Of a stretch of DNA of 64,000 nucleotides, positions 1 to 14,600 are shown one piece after another; the stretch's first letter is position 1; each line of letters begins with the position of its first letter. The notes under the pieces were generated by a model. It did no database searches, had not been told where the DNA came from, and saw only the letters and a list, made by a program, of their open reading frames with translations. Made by a program: the position numbers and the translations under genes. The DNA comes from Eledone cirrhosa (taxonomy: Eukaryota): the NCBI GenBank assembly GCA_964016885.1, contig OZ024744.1, forward strand, positions 17,484,001 through 17,548,000, given 5' to 3'.

Positions 1-834
1 GTACACCATCAGATACTGACGACAGGTTGATACTCATTGCTGACCTGTACACCATCAGATATTGTTGACAGTTTGGTACTCATTGATGACCTGTACACCA
101 TCAGATACTGACGACAGGTTGATACTCATTGCTGACCTGTACACCATCAGACATTGACCACAGGCTGGTATTCATTGCTGACCTGTACAGCATCAGATAC
201 TGACGAAAGGTTGATACTCATTGCTGCCCTGTAAACCATCAAGTATTGACGGCAGGTTGATACTCATTGCTGACCTGTACACCATCAGACATTGACGGCA
301 GGTTGGTACTCATTGCTGACCTATACACCATCAGACACTGACGGCAGGTTGATACTCATTGCTGACCTGTACACCATCAGATACTGACGACAGGTCGATA
401 CTCATTGCTGACCTGTACACCATCAGACATTGATGACAGGTTGATACTCATTGCTGACCTGTACACCATCAGACATTGACGACAGGTTGATACTCATTGC
501 TGACCTGTACACCATCAGACATTGACGACAGTTTGATACTCATTGCTGACCTGTACACCATCAGGTATTGACAGCAGGTTGATACTCATTGCTGACCTGT
601 ACACCATCAGACATTGACGGCAGGTTGATACTCATTGCTGACCTGTACACCATCAGGTATTGACGACAGGTTGATATCATTGCTAACCTGTACACCATCA
701 GACATTGACGACAGGTTGATACTCATTGCTGACCTGTACACCACCAGACATTGACGGCAGGTTGGTACTCATTGCTGACCTGTACACCATCAGATACTGA
801 CGACAGCTTGATACTCATTGCTGACCTGTACACC
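1..834. repeat. ~18-monomer block duplicated at 5927-6760 (offset 5926)
   Basis: Private variants are shared at a constant offset: ATTGTTGACAGTTTGG at 61/5987 and the GACAGCTTG C at 807/6733, plus CAGGCTGG, GAAAGG and GGTCGA in both copies. The match ends at about 834/6760. Confidence 0.92.
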
Positions 835-3800
835 ATCAGACATTTACGGCAGGTTGATACTCATTGCTTACCTGTACACCATCAGACATTGACAGCAGGT
901 TGATACGCATTGTTGACCAGTACACCATCAGATATTGACGACAGGTTGATACTCATTAGTGACCTGTACACCATCAGGTATTGACGGCAGGTTGATATCA
1001 TTGCTGACCTGTACACCATCAGATACTGAGGGCAGGTTGATACTCATTGCTGACCTGTACACCATCAGACATTGACGACAGGTTGATACTCATTGCTGAC
1101 TTGTACACCATCAGACATTGACGACAGGTTGATACTCATTGCTGACCTGTACACCATCAGACATTGACGGCAGGTTGATACTCATTGCTGACCTGTACAC
1201 CAGCAGGTATTGACGGCAGGTTGATACTCATTGCTGACCTGTACACCATCAGACATTGACGACAGGTTGATACTCATTGCTGACCTGTACACCATCAGAC
1301 ATTGACGGCAGGTTGATACACATTGCTGACCTGTACACCATCAGACATGGACGACAGGTTGATATCATTGCTAACCTGTACACCATCAGACATTGACGAC
1401 AGGTTGATACTCATTGCTGACCTGTACACCATCAGACATTGACAGCAGGTTGATACACATTGCTGACCTGTACACCATCATACATTGACGACGGGTTGAT
1501 ACTCATTGCTGACCTGTACACCATCAGACATTGACGGCAGGTTGATACTCATTGCTTACCTGTACACCATCAGACATTGACAGCAGGTTGATACTCATTG
1601 TTGACCAGTACACCATCAGATATTGACGACAGATTGATACTCATTAGTGACCTGTACACCATCAGGTATTGACGGCAGGTTGATACTCATTGCTGACCTG
1701 TACACCATCAGATACTGACGGCAGGTTGATACTCATTGCTGACCTGTACACCATCAGACATTGACGACAGGTTGATACTCATTGCTGACTTGTACACCAT
1801 CAGATACTGACAACAGGTTGATACTCATTGCTGACATGTACACCATCAGACACTGACGGCAGGTTGATACTCATTGCTGACCTGTACACCATCAGGTATT
1901 GGCGACAGGTTGATATCATTGCTAACCTGTACACCAGCAGACATTGACGACATGTTGATACTCATTGCTGACCTGTACACCATCAGACATTGACAGCAGG
2001 TTGATACACATTGCTGACCTGTACACCATCATACATTGACGACGGGTTGATACTCATTGCTGACCTGTACACCATCAGACATTGACGACAGGTTAATACT
2101 CATTGCTGACTTGTACACCATCAGACATTGACGGCAGGTTGATACTCATTGCTGACCTGTACACCATCAGATATTGACGGCAGGTTGATACTCATTGCTG
2201 ACCTGTACACCATCAGATATTGACGACATGTTGATACTCATTGCTGACCTCTACACCATCAGACATTGACGGCAGGTTGATACTCATTGCTGACCTGTAC
2301 ACCATCAGTTATTGACGACAAGTTGATACTCATTGCTGACCTGTACACCATCAGATATTGACAGCAGGTTGATACTCATTGCTGACTTGTACACCATCAG
2401 ACATTGACGGCAGGTTGATACTCATTGCTGACCTGTACACCATCAGACATTGACGGCAGGTTGATACTCATTGCTTACCTGTACACCATCAGACATTGAC
2501 AGCAGGTTGATACGCATTGTTGACCAGTACACCATCAGATATTGACGACAGGTTGATACTCATTAGTGACCTGTACACCATCAGGTATTGACGGCAGGTT
2601 GATACTCATTGCTGACCTGTACACCATCAGATACTGACGCCTGGTTGATACTCATTGCTGACCTGTACACCATCAGACATTGACGACAGGTTGATACTCA
2701 TTGCTGACTTGTACACCATCAGATACTGACAACAGGTTGATACTCATTGCTGACCTGTACACCATCAGACATTGACGGCAGGTTGATACTCATTGCTGAC
2801 CTGTACACCATCAGGTATTGACGACAGGTTGATATCATTGCTAACCTGTACACCATAAGACATTGACGACAGGTTGATACTCATTGCTGACCTGTACACC
2901 ATCAGACATTGACGACAGGTTAATACTCATTGCTGACTTGTACACCATCAGGTATTGACGGCAGGTTGATACTCATTGCTGACCTGTACACCATCAGACA
3001 TTGACGGCAGGTTGATACTCATTGCTGACCTGTACACCATCAGATATTGACGACATGTTGATACTCATTGCTGACCTGTACACCATCAGATATTGACGGC
3101 AGGTTGATACTCATTGCTGACCTGTACACCATCAGATATTGACGACATGTTGATACTCATTGCTGACCTCTACACCATCAGACATTGACGGCAGGTTGAT
3201 ACTCATTGCTGACCTGTACACCATCAGTTATTGACGACAAGTTGATACTCATTGCTGACCTGTACACCATCAGATATTGACAGCAGGTTGATACTCATTG
3301 CTGACTTGTACACCATCAGACATTGACGGCAGGTTGATACTCATTGCTGACCTGTACACCATCAGACATTGACAGCAGGTTGATACGCATTGTTGACCAG
3401 TACACCATCAGATATTGACGACAGGTTGATACTCATTAGTGACCTGTACACCATCAGGTATTGACGGCAGGTTGATACTCATTGCTGACCTGTACACCAT
3501 CAGATACTGACGGCAGGTTGATACTCATTGCTGACCTGTACACCATCAGACATTGACGACAGGTTGATACTCATTGCTGACTTGTACACCATCAGATACT
3601 GACAACAGGTTGATACTCATTGCTGACCTGTACACCATCAGACATTGACGGCAGGTTGATACTCATTGCTGACCTGTACACCATCAGGTATTGACGACAG
3701 GTTGATATCATTGCTAACCTGTACACCATCAGACATTGACGACAGGTTGATACTCATTGCTGACCTGTACACCATCAGACATTGACGACAGGTTAATACT

Positions 3801-6800
3801 CATTGCTGACTTGTACACCATCAGGTATTGACGGCAGGTTGATACTCATTTCTGACCTGTACACCATCAGACATTGACGGCAGGTTGATACTCATTGCTG
3901 ACCTGTACACCATCAGATATTGACGACATGTTGATACTCATTGCTGACCTGTACACCATCAGACATTGACGGCAGGTTGATACTCATTGCTGACCTGTAC
4001 ACCATCAGTTATTGACGACAAGTTGATACTCATTGCTGACCTGTACACCATCAGACGTTGACGGCAGGTTGATACTCATTGCTGACCTGTACACCATCAG
4101 ATATTGACGGCAGGTTGATACTCATTGCTGACCTGTACACCATCAGGTATTGACGAAAGGTTGATACTCATTGCTGACCTGTACACCATAAGACATTGAC
4201 GACAGGTTGATACTCATTGCTGACCTGTACACCATCAGACATTGACGGCAGGTTGATACTCTTTGCTGACCTGTACACCATCATATATTGACGGCAGGTT
4301 GATATTCATTGCTGACTTGTACCCCATCAGACATTGACGACAGGTTGATACTCATTGCTAACCTGTACACCATCAGACATTGACGACAGGTTGATACTCA
4401 TTGCTGACCTGTACACCATCAGACATTGACGGCAGGTTGATACTCATTGCTGACCTGTACACCATCAGGTATTGACGGCAGGTTGATACTCATTGCTGAC
4501 TTGTACACCATCAGATACTGACAACAGGTTGATACTCATTGCTGACCTGTACACCATCAAACTCTGACGGCAGGTTGATACTCATAGTTGACCTGTACAC
4601 CATCAAGTATTGACGACAGGTTGATACTCATTAGTGACCTGTACACCATCAGGTATTGACGGCAGGTTGATATCATTGCTAACCTGTACACCATCAGACA
4701 TTGACGACAGGTTGATACACATTGCTGACCTGTACACCATCAGATACTCACGATCGTTTGATAATCATTGCTGGCCTGTACACCATCAGGTATTGACGAC
4801 AGGTTGGTACTCATTGCTGAGTTGTACACCATCAGACATTGACGGCAGGTTGATACACATTGCTGACCTGTACACCATCAGATACTGACGACAGGTTGAT
4901 ACTCATTGCTGACCTGTACACCATCAGACATTGACGGCAGATTGATACTCATTGCTTACATGTACACCATCAGACATTGACAGCAGGTTGATACTCATTG
5001 TTGACCAGTACACCATCAGATATTGACGACAGGTTGATACTCATTAGTGACCTGTACACCATCAGGTATTGACGGCAGGTTGATACTCATTGCTGACCTG
5101 TACACCATCAGATACTGACGGCAGGTTGATACTCATTGCTGACCTGTACACCATCAGACATTGACGACAGGTTGATACTCATTGCTGACTTGTACACCAT
5201 CAGATACTGACAACAGGTTGATACTCATTGCTGACCTGTACACCATCAGACATTGACGGCAGGTTCATACTCATTGCTGACCTGTACACCATCAGGTATT
5301 GACGACAGGTTGATATCATTGCTAACCTGTACACCATCAGACATTGACGACATGTTGATACTCATTGCTGACCTGTACACCATCAGACATTGACATCAGG
5401 TTGATACACATTGCTGACCTGTACACCATCATACATTGACGACGGGTTGATACTCATTGCTGATCTGTACACCATCAGACATTGACGACAGGTTAATACT
5501 CATTGCTGACTTGTACACCATCAGACATTGACGGCAGGTTGATACTCATTGCTGACCTGTACACCATCAGATATTGACGGCAGGTTGATACTCATTGCTG
5601 ACCTGTACACCATCAGATATTGACGACATGTTGATACTCATTGCTGACCTGTACACCATCAGACATTGACGGCAGGTTGATACTCATTGCTGACCTGTAC
5701 ACCATCAGTTATTGACGACAAGTTGATACTCATTGCTGACCTGTACACCATCAGATATTGACAGCAGGTTGATACTCATTGCTGACTTGTACACCATCAG
5801 ACATTGACGGCAGTTTGATACTCATTGCTGACCTGTACACCATCAGACATTGACGGCAGGTTGATACTCATTGCTGACCTGTACACCATCAGACATTGAC
5901 GGTAGGTTGATACTCATTGCTGAATTGTACACCATCAGATACTGACGACAGGTTGATACTCATTGCTGACCTGTACACCATCAGATATTGTTGACAGTTT
6001 GGTACTCATTGATGACCTGTACACCATCAGATACTGACGACAGGTTGATACTCATTGCTGACCTGTACACCATCAGACATTGACCACAGGCTGGTATTCA
6101 TTGCTGACCTGTACAGCATCAGATACTGACGAAAGGTTGATACTCATTGCTGCCCTGTAAACCATCAAGTATTGACGGCAGGTTGATACTCATTGCTGAC
6201 CTGTACACCATCAGACATTGACGGCAGGTTGGTACTCATTGCTGACCTATACACCATCAGACACTGACGGCAGGTTGATACTCATTGCTGACCTGTACAC
6301 CATCAGATACTGACGACAGGTCGATACTCATTGCTGACCTGTACACCATCAGACATTGATGACAGGTTGATACTCATTGCTGACCTGTACACCATCAGAC
6401 ATTGACGACAGGTTGATACTCATTGCTGACCTGTACACCATCAGACATTGACGACAGTTTGATACTCATTGCTGACCTGTACACCATCAGGTATTGACAG
6501 CAGGTTGATACTCATTGCTGACCTGTACACCATCAGACATTGACGGCAGGTTGATACTCATTGCTGACCTGTACACCATCAGGTATTGACGACAGGTTGA
6601 TATCATTGCTAACCTGTACACCATCAGACATTGACGACAGGTTGATACTCATTGCTGACCTGTACACCACCAGACATTGACGGCAGGTTGGTACTCATTG
6701 CTGACCTGTACACCATCAGATACTGACGACAGCTTGATACTCATTGCTGACCTGTACACAATCAAGTATTGACGGCAGGTTGATAATCATTGCTGGCCTG

Positions 6801-7099
6801 TACACCATCAGACATTGACGGCAGGTTGATACTCATTGCTGACCTGTACACCATCAGGTATTGACGACAGGTTGGTACTCATTGCTGGCCTGTACACCAT
6901 CAGGTATTGACGACAGGTTGGTACTCATTGCTGACTTGTACACCATCATGTATTGACGACAGGTTGATACACATTGTTGACCTGTACACCATCAGGTATT
7001 GACGGCAGGTTGATACTCATTGCTGACCTGTACACCATCAGACATTGACCGCAGGTTGATACTCATTGCTGACCTGTACACCATCATATATTGACGGCA

Positions 7100-10000
7100 G
7101 GTGGATATTCATTGCTGACTTGTACACCATCAGACATTGACGACAGGTTGATACTCATTGCTGACCTGTACACCATCAGACTTTGACGGCAGGTTGATAC
7201 TCATTGCTGACCTGTACACCATCAGACATTGACGACAGGTTGATACTCATTGCTGACCTGTACACCATCAGACATTGACGGCAGGTTGATACTCATTGCT
7301 GACCTGTACACCATCAGACATGGACGACAGGTTGATATCATTGCTAACCTGTACACCATCAGACATTGACGACAGGTTGATACTCATTGCTGACCTGTAC
7401 ACCATCAGACATTGACAGCAGGTTGATACACATTGCTGACCTGTACACCATCATGCATTGACGACAGGTTGATACTCATTGCTGACTTGTACACCATCAG
7501 ATGCTGACAACAGGTTGATACTCATTGCTGACCTGTACACCATCAGACATTGACGGCAGGTTGATACTCATTTTCTGACCTGTACCACATCAGGTATTGA
7601 CGACAGGTTGATATCATTGCTAACCTGTACACCATCAGACATTGACGACAGGTTGATACTCATTGCTGACCTGTACACCATCAGACATTGACAGCAGGTT
7701 GATACACATTGCTGACCTGTACACCATCAGGTATTGACGGCAGGTTGATACTCATTTCTGACCTGTACACCATCAGACATTGACGACAGGTTGATACTCA
7801 TTGCTGACCTGTACACCATCAGACATTGACGGCAGGTTGATACTCATTGCTGACCTGTACACCATCAGATATTGACGACATGTTGATACTCATTGCTGAC
7901 CTGTACACCATCAGACATTGACGGCAGGTTGATACTCATTGCTGACCTGTACACCATCAGTTATTGACGACAAGTTGATACTCATTGCTGACCTGTACAC
8001 CATCAGATATTTACAGCAGGTTGATACTCATTGCTGACTTGTACACCATCAGACATTGACGGCAGGTTGATACTCATTGCTGACCTGTACACCATCAGAC
8101 ATTGACGGCAGGTTGATACTCATTGCTGACCTGTACACCATCAGACATTGACGACAGGTTAATACTCATTGCTGACCTGTACACCATAAGACATTGACGG
8201 CAGGTTGATACTCATTGCTGACCTGTACACCATCAGACATTGACGGCAGGTTGATACTCATTGCTGACGTGTACACCATCATATATTGACGGCAGGTTGA
8301 TATTCATTGCTGACTTGTACCCCATCAGACATTGACGACAGGTTGATACTCATTGCTAACCTGTACACCATCAGACATTGCCGACAGGTTGATACTACTT
8401 GCTGACCTGTACACCATCAGACATTGACGGCAGGTTGATACTCATTGCTGACCTGTACACCAGCAGGTATTGACGGCAGGTTGATACTCATTGCTGACCT
8501 GTACACCATCAGACATTGACGACAGGTTGATACTCATTGCTGACCTTTACACCATCAAACTCTGACGGCAGGTTGATACTCATAGTTGACCTGTACACCA
8601 TCAAGTATTGACGACAGGTTGATACTCATTAGTGACCTGTACACCATCAGGTATTGACGGCAGGTTGATACACATTGCTGACCTGTACACCATCAGACAT
8701 GGACGACAGGTTGATACTCATTGCTGACCTGTACACCATCAGATACTGACGACAGGTTGATACTCATTGCTGACCTGTACACAAGCAGACGTTGACGGCA
8801 GGTTGATACTCTTTGCTGACCTGTACACCATCAGATACTTACGATCGTTTGATACTCATTGCTGACCTGTACACCATCAGACATTGACGACAGGTTGATA
8901 CTCATTGCTGACTTGTACACCATCAGATACTGACAACAGGTTGATACTCATTGCTGACCTGTACACCATCAGACATTGACGGCAGGTTGATACTCATTGC
9001 TGACCTGTACACCATCAGGTATTGACGACAGGTTGATATCATTGCTAACCTGTACACCATCAGACATTGACGACAGGTTGGTACTCATTGCTGACCTGTA
9101 CACCATCAGATACTGACGACAGGTTGATACTCATTGCTGACCTGTACACAATCAAGTATTGACGGCAGGTTGATACTCATTGCTGACCTGTACACCATCA
9201 GACATTGACGGCAGGTTGATACTCATTGCTGACCTTTACACCATTAGACGTTGACGACAGGTTAATACTCATTGCTGACCTGTATACCATCAGACATTGA
9301 CGACAGTTTGATACTCATTGCTGACCTGTACACCATCAGACATTGACGACAGGTTGATACTCATTGCTGACCTGTACACCATCAGACATTGACAGCAGGT
9401 TGATACACATTGCTGACCTGTACACCATCATGCATTGACGACAGGTTGATACTCATTGCTGACTTGTACACCATCAGATGCAGACAACAGGTTGATACTC
9501 ATTGCTGACCTGTACACCATCAGACATTGACGGCAGGTTGATACTCATTTTCTGACCTGTACACCATCAGGTATTGACGACAGGTTGATATCATTGCTAA
9601 CCTGTACACCATCAGACATTGACGACAGGTTGATACTCATTGCTGACCTGTACACCATCAGACATTGACAGCAGGTTGATACACATTGCTGACCTGTACA
9701 CCATCAGGTATTGACGGCAGGTTGATACTCATTTCTGACCTGTACACCATCAGACATTGACGGCAGGTTGATACTCATTGCTGACCTGTACACCATCAGA
9801 TATTGACGACATGTTGATACTCATTGCTGACCTGTACACCATCAGACATTGACGGCAGGTTGATACTCATTGCTGACCTGTACACCATCAGTTATTGACG
9901 ACAAGTTGATACTCATTGCTGACCTGTACACCATCAGATATTTACAGCAGGTTGATACTCATTGCTGACTTGTACACCATCAGACATTGACGGCAGGTTG

Positions 10001-13000
10001 ATACTCATTGCTGACCTGTACACCATCAGACATTGACGGCAGGTTGATACTCATTGCTGACCTGTACACCATCAGACATTGACGACAGGTTAATACTCAT
10101 TGCTGACCTGTACACCATAAGACATTGACGGCAGGTTGATACTCATTGCTGACCTGTACACCATCAGACATTGACGGCAGGTTGATACTCATTGCTGACC
10201 TGTACACCATCATATATTGACGGCAGGTTGATATTCATTGCTGACTTGTACCCCATCAGACATTGACGACAGGTTGATACTCATTGCTAACCTGTACACC
10301 ATCAGACATTGCCGACAGGTTGATACTCATTGCTGACCTGTACACCATCAGACATTGACGGCAGGTTGATACTCATTGCTGACCTGTACACCAGCAGGTA
10401 TTGACGGCAGGTTGATACTCATTGCTGACCTGTACACCATCAGACATTGACGACAGGTTGATACTCATTGCTGACCTTTACACCATCAAACTCTGACGGC
10501 AGGTTGATACTCATAGTTGACCTGTACACCATCAAGTATTGACGACAGGTTGATACTCATTAGTGACCTGTACACCATCAGGTATTGACGGCAGGTTGAT
10601 ACACATTGCTGACCTGTACACCATCAGACATGGACGACAGGTTGATACTCATTGCTGACCTGTACACCATCAGATACTGACGACAGGTTGATACTCATTG
10701 CTGACCTGTACACAAGCAGACGTTGACGGCAGGTTGATACTCTTTGCTGACCTGTACACCATCAGATACTCACGATCGTTTGATACTCATTGCTGACCTG
10801 TACACCATCAGACATTGACGACAGGTTGATACTCATTGCTGACTTGTACACCATCAGATACTTACAACAGGTTGATACTCATTGCTGACCTGTACACCAT
10901 CAGACATTGACCACAGGTTGGTACTCATTGCTGACCTGTACACCATCAGGTATTGACGACAGGTTGATATCATTGCTAACCTGTACACCATCAGACATTG
11001 ACGACAGGTTGGTACTCATTGCTGACCTGTACACCATCAGATACTGACGACAGGTTGATACTCATTGCTGACCTGTACACAATCAAGTATTGACGGCAGG
11101 TTGATACTCATTGCTGACCTGTACACCATCAGACATTGACGGCAGGTTGATACTCATTGCTGACCTTTACACCATTAGACGTTGACGACAGGTTAATACT
11201 CATTGCTGACCTGCATACCATCAGACATTGACGACAGTTTGATACTCATTGCTGACCTGTACACCATCAGACATTGACGGCAGGTTGATACTCTTTGCTG
11301 ATCTGTACACCATCAGATACTGACGATCGTTTGATAATCATTGCTGGCCTGTACACCATCAGGTATTGACGACAGGTTGGTACTCATTGCTGACTTGTAC
11401 ACCATCAGGTATTGACGGCAGGTTGATACACATTGTTGACCTGTACACCATCAGGTATTGACGACAGATTGATACTCATTGCTGACCTGTACACCATCAG
11501 ACATTGACGGCATGTTGATACTCATTGCTGACCTGTACACCATCATATATTGACGGCAGGTGGATATTCATTGCTGACTTGTACACCATCAGACATTGAC
11601 GACAGGTTGATACTCATTGCTGACCTGTACACCATCAGACTTTGACGGCAGGTTGATACTCATTGCTGACCTGTACACCATCAGACATTGACGACAGGTT
11701 GATACTCATTGCTGACCTGTACACCATCAGACATTGACGGCAGGTTGATACACATTGCTGACCTGTACACCATCAGACATGGACGACAGGTTGATATCAT
11801 TGCTAACCTGTACACCATCAGACATTGACGACAGGTTGATACTCATTGCTGACCTGTACACCATCAGACATTGACAGCAGGTTGATACACATTGCTGACC
11901 TGTACACCATCATGCATTGACGACAGGTTGATACTCATTGCTGACTTGTACACCATCAGATGCTGACAACAGGTTGATACTCATTGCTGACCTGTACACC
12001 ATCAGACATTGACGGCAGGTTGATACTCATTTTCTGACCTGTACACCATCAGGTATTGACGACAGGTTGATATCATTGCTAACCTGTACACCATCAGACA
12101 TTGACGACAGGTTGATACTCATTGCTGACCTGTACACCATCAGACATTGACAGCAGGTTGATACACATTGCTGACCTGTACACCATCAGATATTGACGAC
12201 ATGTTGATACTCATTGCTGACCTGTACACCATCAGACATTGACGGCAGGTTGATACTCATTGCTGACCTGTACACCATCAGTTATTGACGACAAGTTGAT
12301 ACTCATTGCTGACCTGTACACCATCAGATATTGACGGCAGGTTGATACTCATTGCTGACTTGTACACCATCAGACATTGACGGCAGGTTGATACTCATTG
12401 CTGACCTGTACACCATCAGACATTGACGACAGGTTAATACTCATTGCTGACCTGTACACCATAAGACATTGACGGCAGGTTGATACTCATTGCTGACCTG
12501 TACACCATCAGACATTGACGGCAGGTTGATACTCATTGCTGACCTGTACACCATCAGGTATTGACGGCAGGTTGATACTCATTGCTGACCTGTACACCAT
12601 CATATATTGACGGCAGGTTGATATTCATTGCTGACTTGTACCCCATCAGACATTGACGACAGGTTGATACTCATTGCTAACCTGTACACCATCAGACATT
12701 GCCGACAGGTTGATACTCATTGCTGACCTGTACACCATCAGACATTGACGGCAGGTTGATACTCATTGCTGACCTGTACACCAGCAGGTATTGACGGCAG
12801 GTTGATACTCATTGCTGACCTGTACACCATCAGACATTGACGACAGGTTGATACTCATTGCTGACCTTTACACCATCAAACTCTGACGGCAGGTTGATAC
12901 TCATAGTTGACCTGTACACCATCAAGTATTGACGACAGGTTGATACTCATTAGTGACCTGTACACCATCAGGTATTGACGGCAGGTTGATACACATTGCT

Positions 13001-14600
13001 GACCTGTACACCATCAGACATGGACGACAGGTTGATACTCATTGCTGACCTGTACACCATCAGATACTGACGACAGGTTGATACTCATTGCTGACCTGTA
13101 CACCATCAGATACTGACGACAGGTTGATACTCATTGCTGACCTGTACACAAGCAGACGTTGACGGCAGGTTGATACTCTTTGCTGACCTGTACACCATCA
13201 GATACTCACGATCGTTTGATACTCATTGCTGACCTGTACACCATCAGACATTGACGACAGGTTGATACTCATTGCTGACTTGTACACCATCAGATACTGA
13301 CAACAGGTTGATACTCATTGCTGACCTGTACACCATCAGACATTGACGGCAGGTTGATACTCATTGCTGACCTGTACACCATCAGGTATTGACGACAGGT
13401 TGATATCATTGCTAACCTGTACACCATCAGACATTGACGACAGGTTGATACTCATTGCTGACCTGTACACCATCAGACATTGACGACATGTTAATACTCA
13501 TTGCTGACTTGTACACCATCAGGTATTGACGGCAGGTTGATACTCATTTCTGACCTGTACACCATCAGACATTGACGGCAGGTTGATACTCATTGCTGAC
13601 CTGTACACCATCAGATATTGACGACATGTTGATACTCATTGCTGACCTGTACACCATCAGACATTGACGGCAGGTTGATACTCATTGCTGACCTGTACAC
13701 CATCATATATTGACGGCAGGTGGATATTCATTGCTGACTTGTACACCATCAGACATTGACGACAGGTTGATACTCATTGCTGACCTGTACACCATCAGAC
13801 TTTGACGGCAGGTTGATACTCATTGCTGACCTGTACACCATCAGACATTGACGACAGGTTGACACTCATTGCTGACATGTACACCATCAGACATTGACGG
13901 CAGGTTGATACACATTGCTGACCTGTACACCATCAGACATGGACGACAGGTTGATATCATTGCTAACCTGTACACCATCAGACATTGACGACAGGTTGAT
14001 ACTCATTGCTGACCTGTACACCATCAGACATTGACAGCAGGTTGATACACATTGCTGACCTGTACACCATCATGCATTGACGACAGGTTGATACTCATTG
14101 CTGACCTGTACACCATCAGACATTGACGGCAGGTTGATACTCATTTTCTGACCTGTACACCATCAGGTATTGACGACATGTTGATATCATTGCTAACCTG
14201 TACACCATCAGACATTGACGACAGGTTGATACTCATTGCTGACCTGTACACCATCAGACATTGACAGCAGGTTGATACACATTGCTGACCTGTACACCAT
14301 CAGGTATTGACGGCAGGTTGATACTCATTCCTGACCTGTACACCATCAGACATTGACGGCAGGTTGATACTCATTGCTGACCTGTACACCATCAGATATT
14401 GACGACATGTTGATACTCATTGCTGACCTGTACACCATCAGACATTGACGGCAGGTTGATACTCATTGCTGACCTGTACACTATCAGTTATTGACGACAA
14501 GTTGATACTCATTGCTAACCTGTACACCATCAGATATTGACAGCAGGTTGATACTCATTTCTGACCTGTACACCATCAGACATTGACGGCAGGTTGATAC
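7100..14600. repeat. Higher-order block of ~2.0-2.5 kb in four imperfect tandem copies (last one partial)
   Basis: Marker TCATGCATTG at 7451, 9428, 11910 and 14070, each followed by a 47-bp CATTTTCTGAC insertion monomer. Marker ACAAGCAGACGTTG at 8781, 10712 and 13148. Confidence 0.85.
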
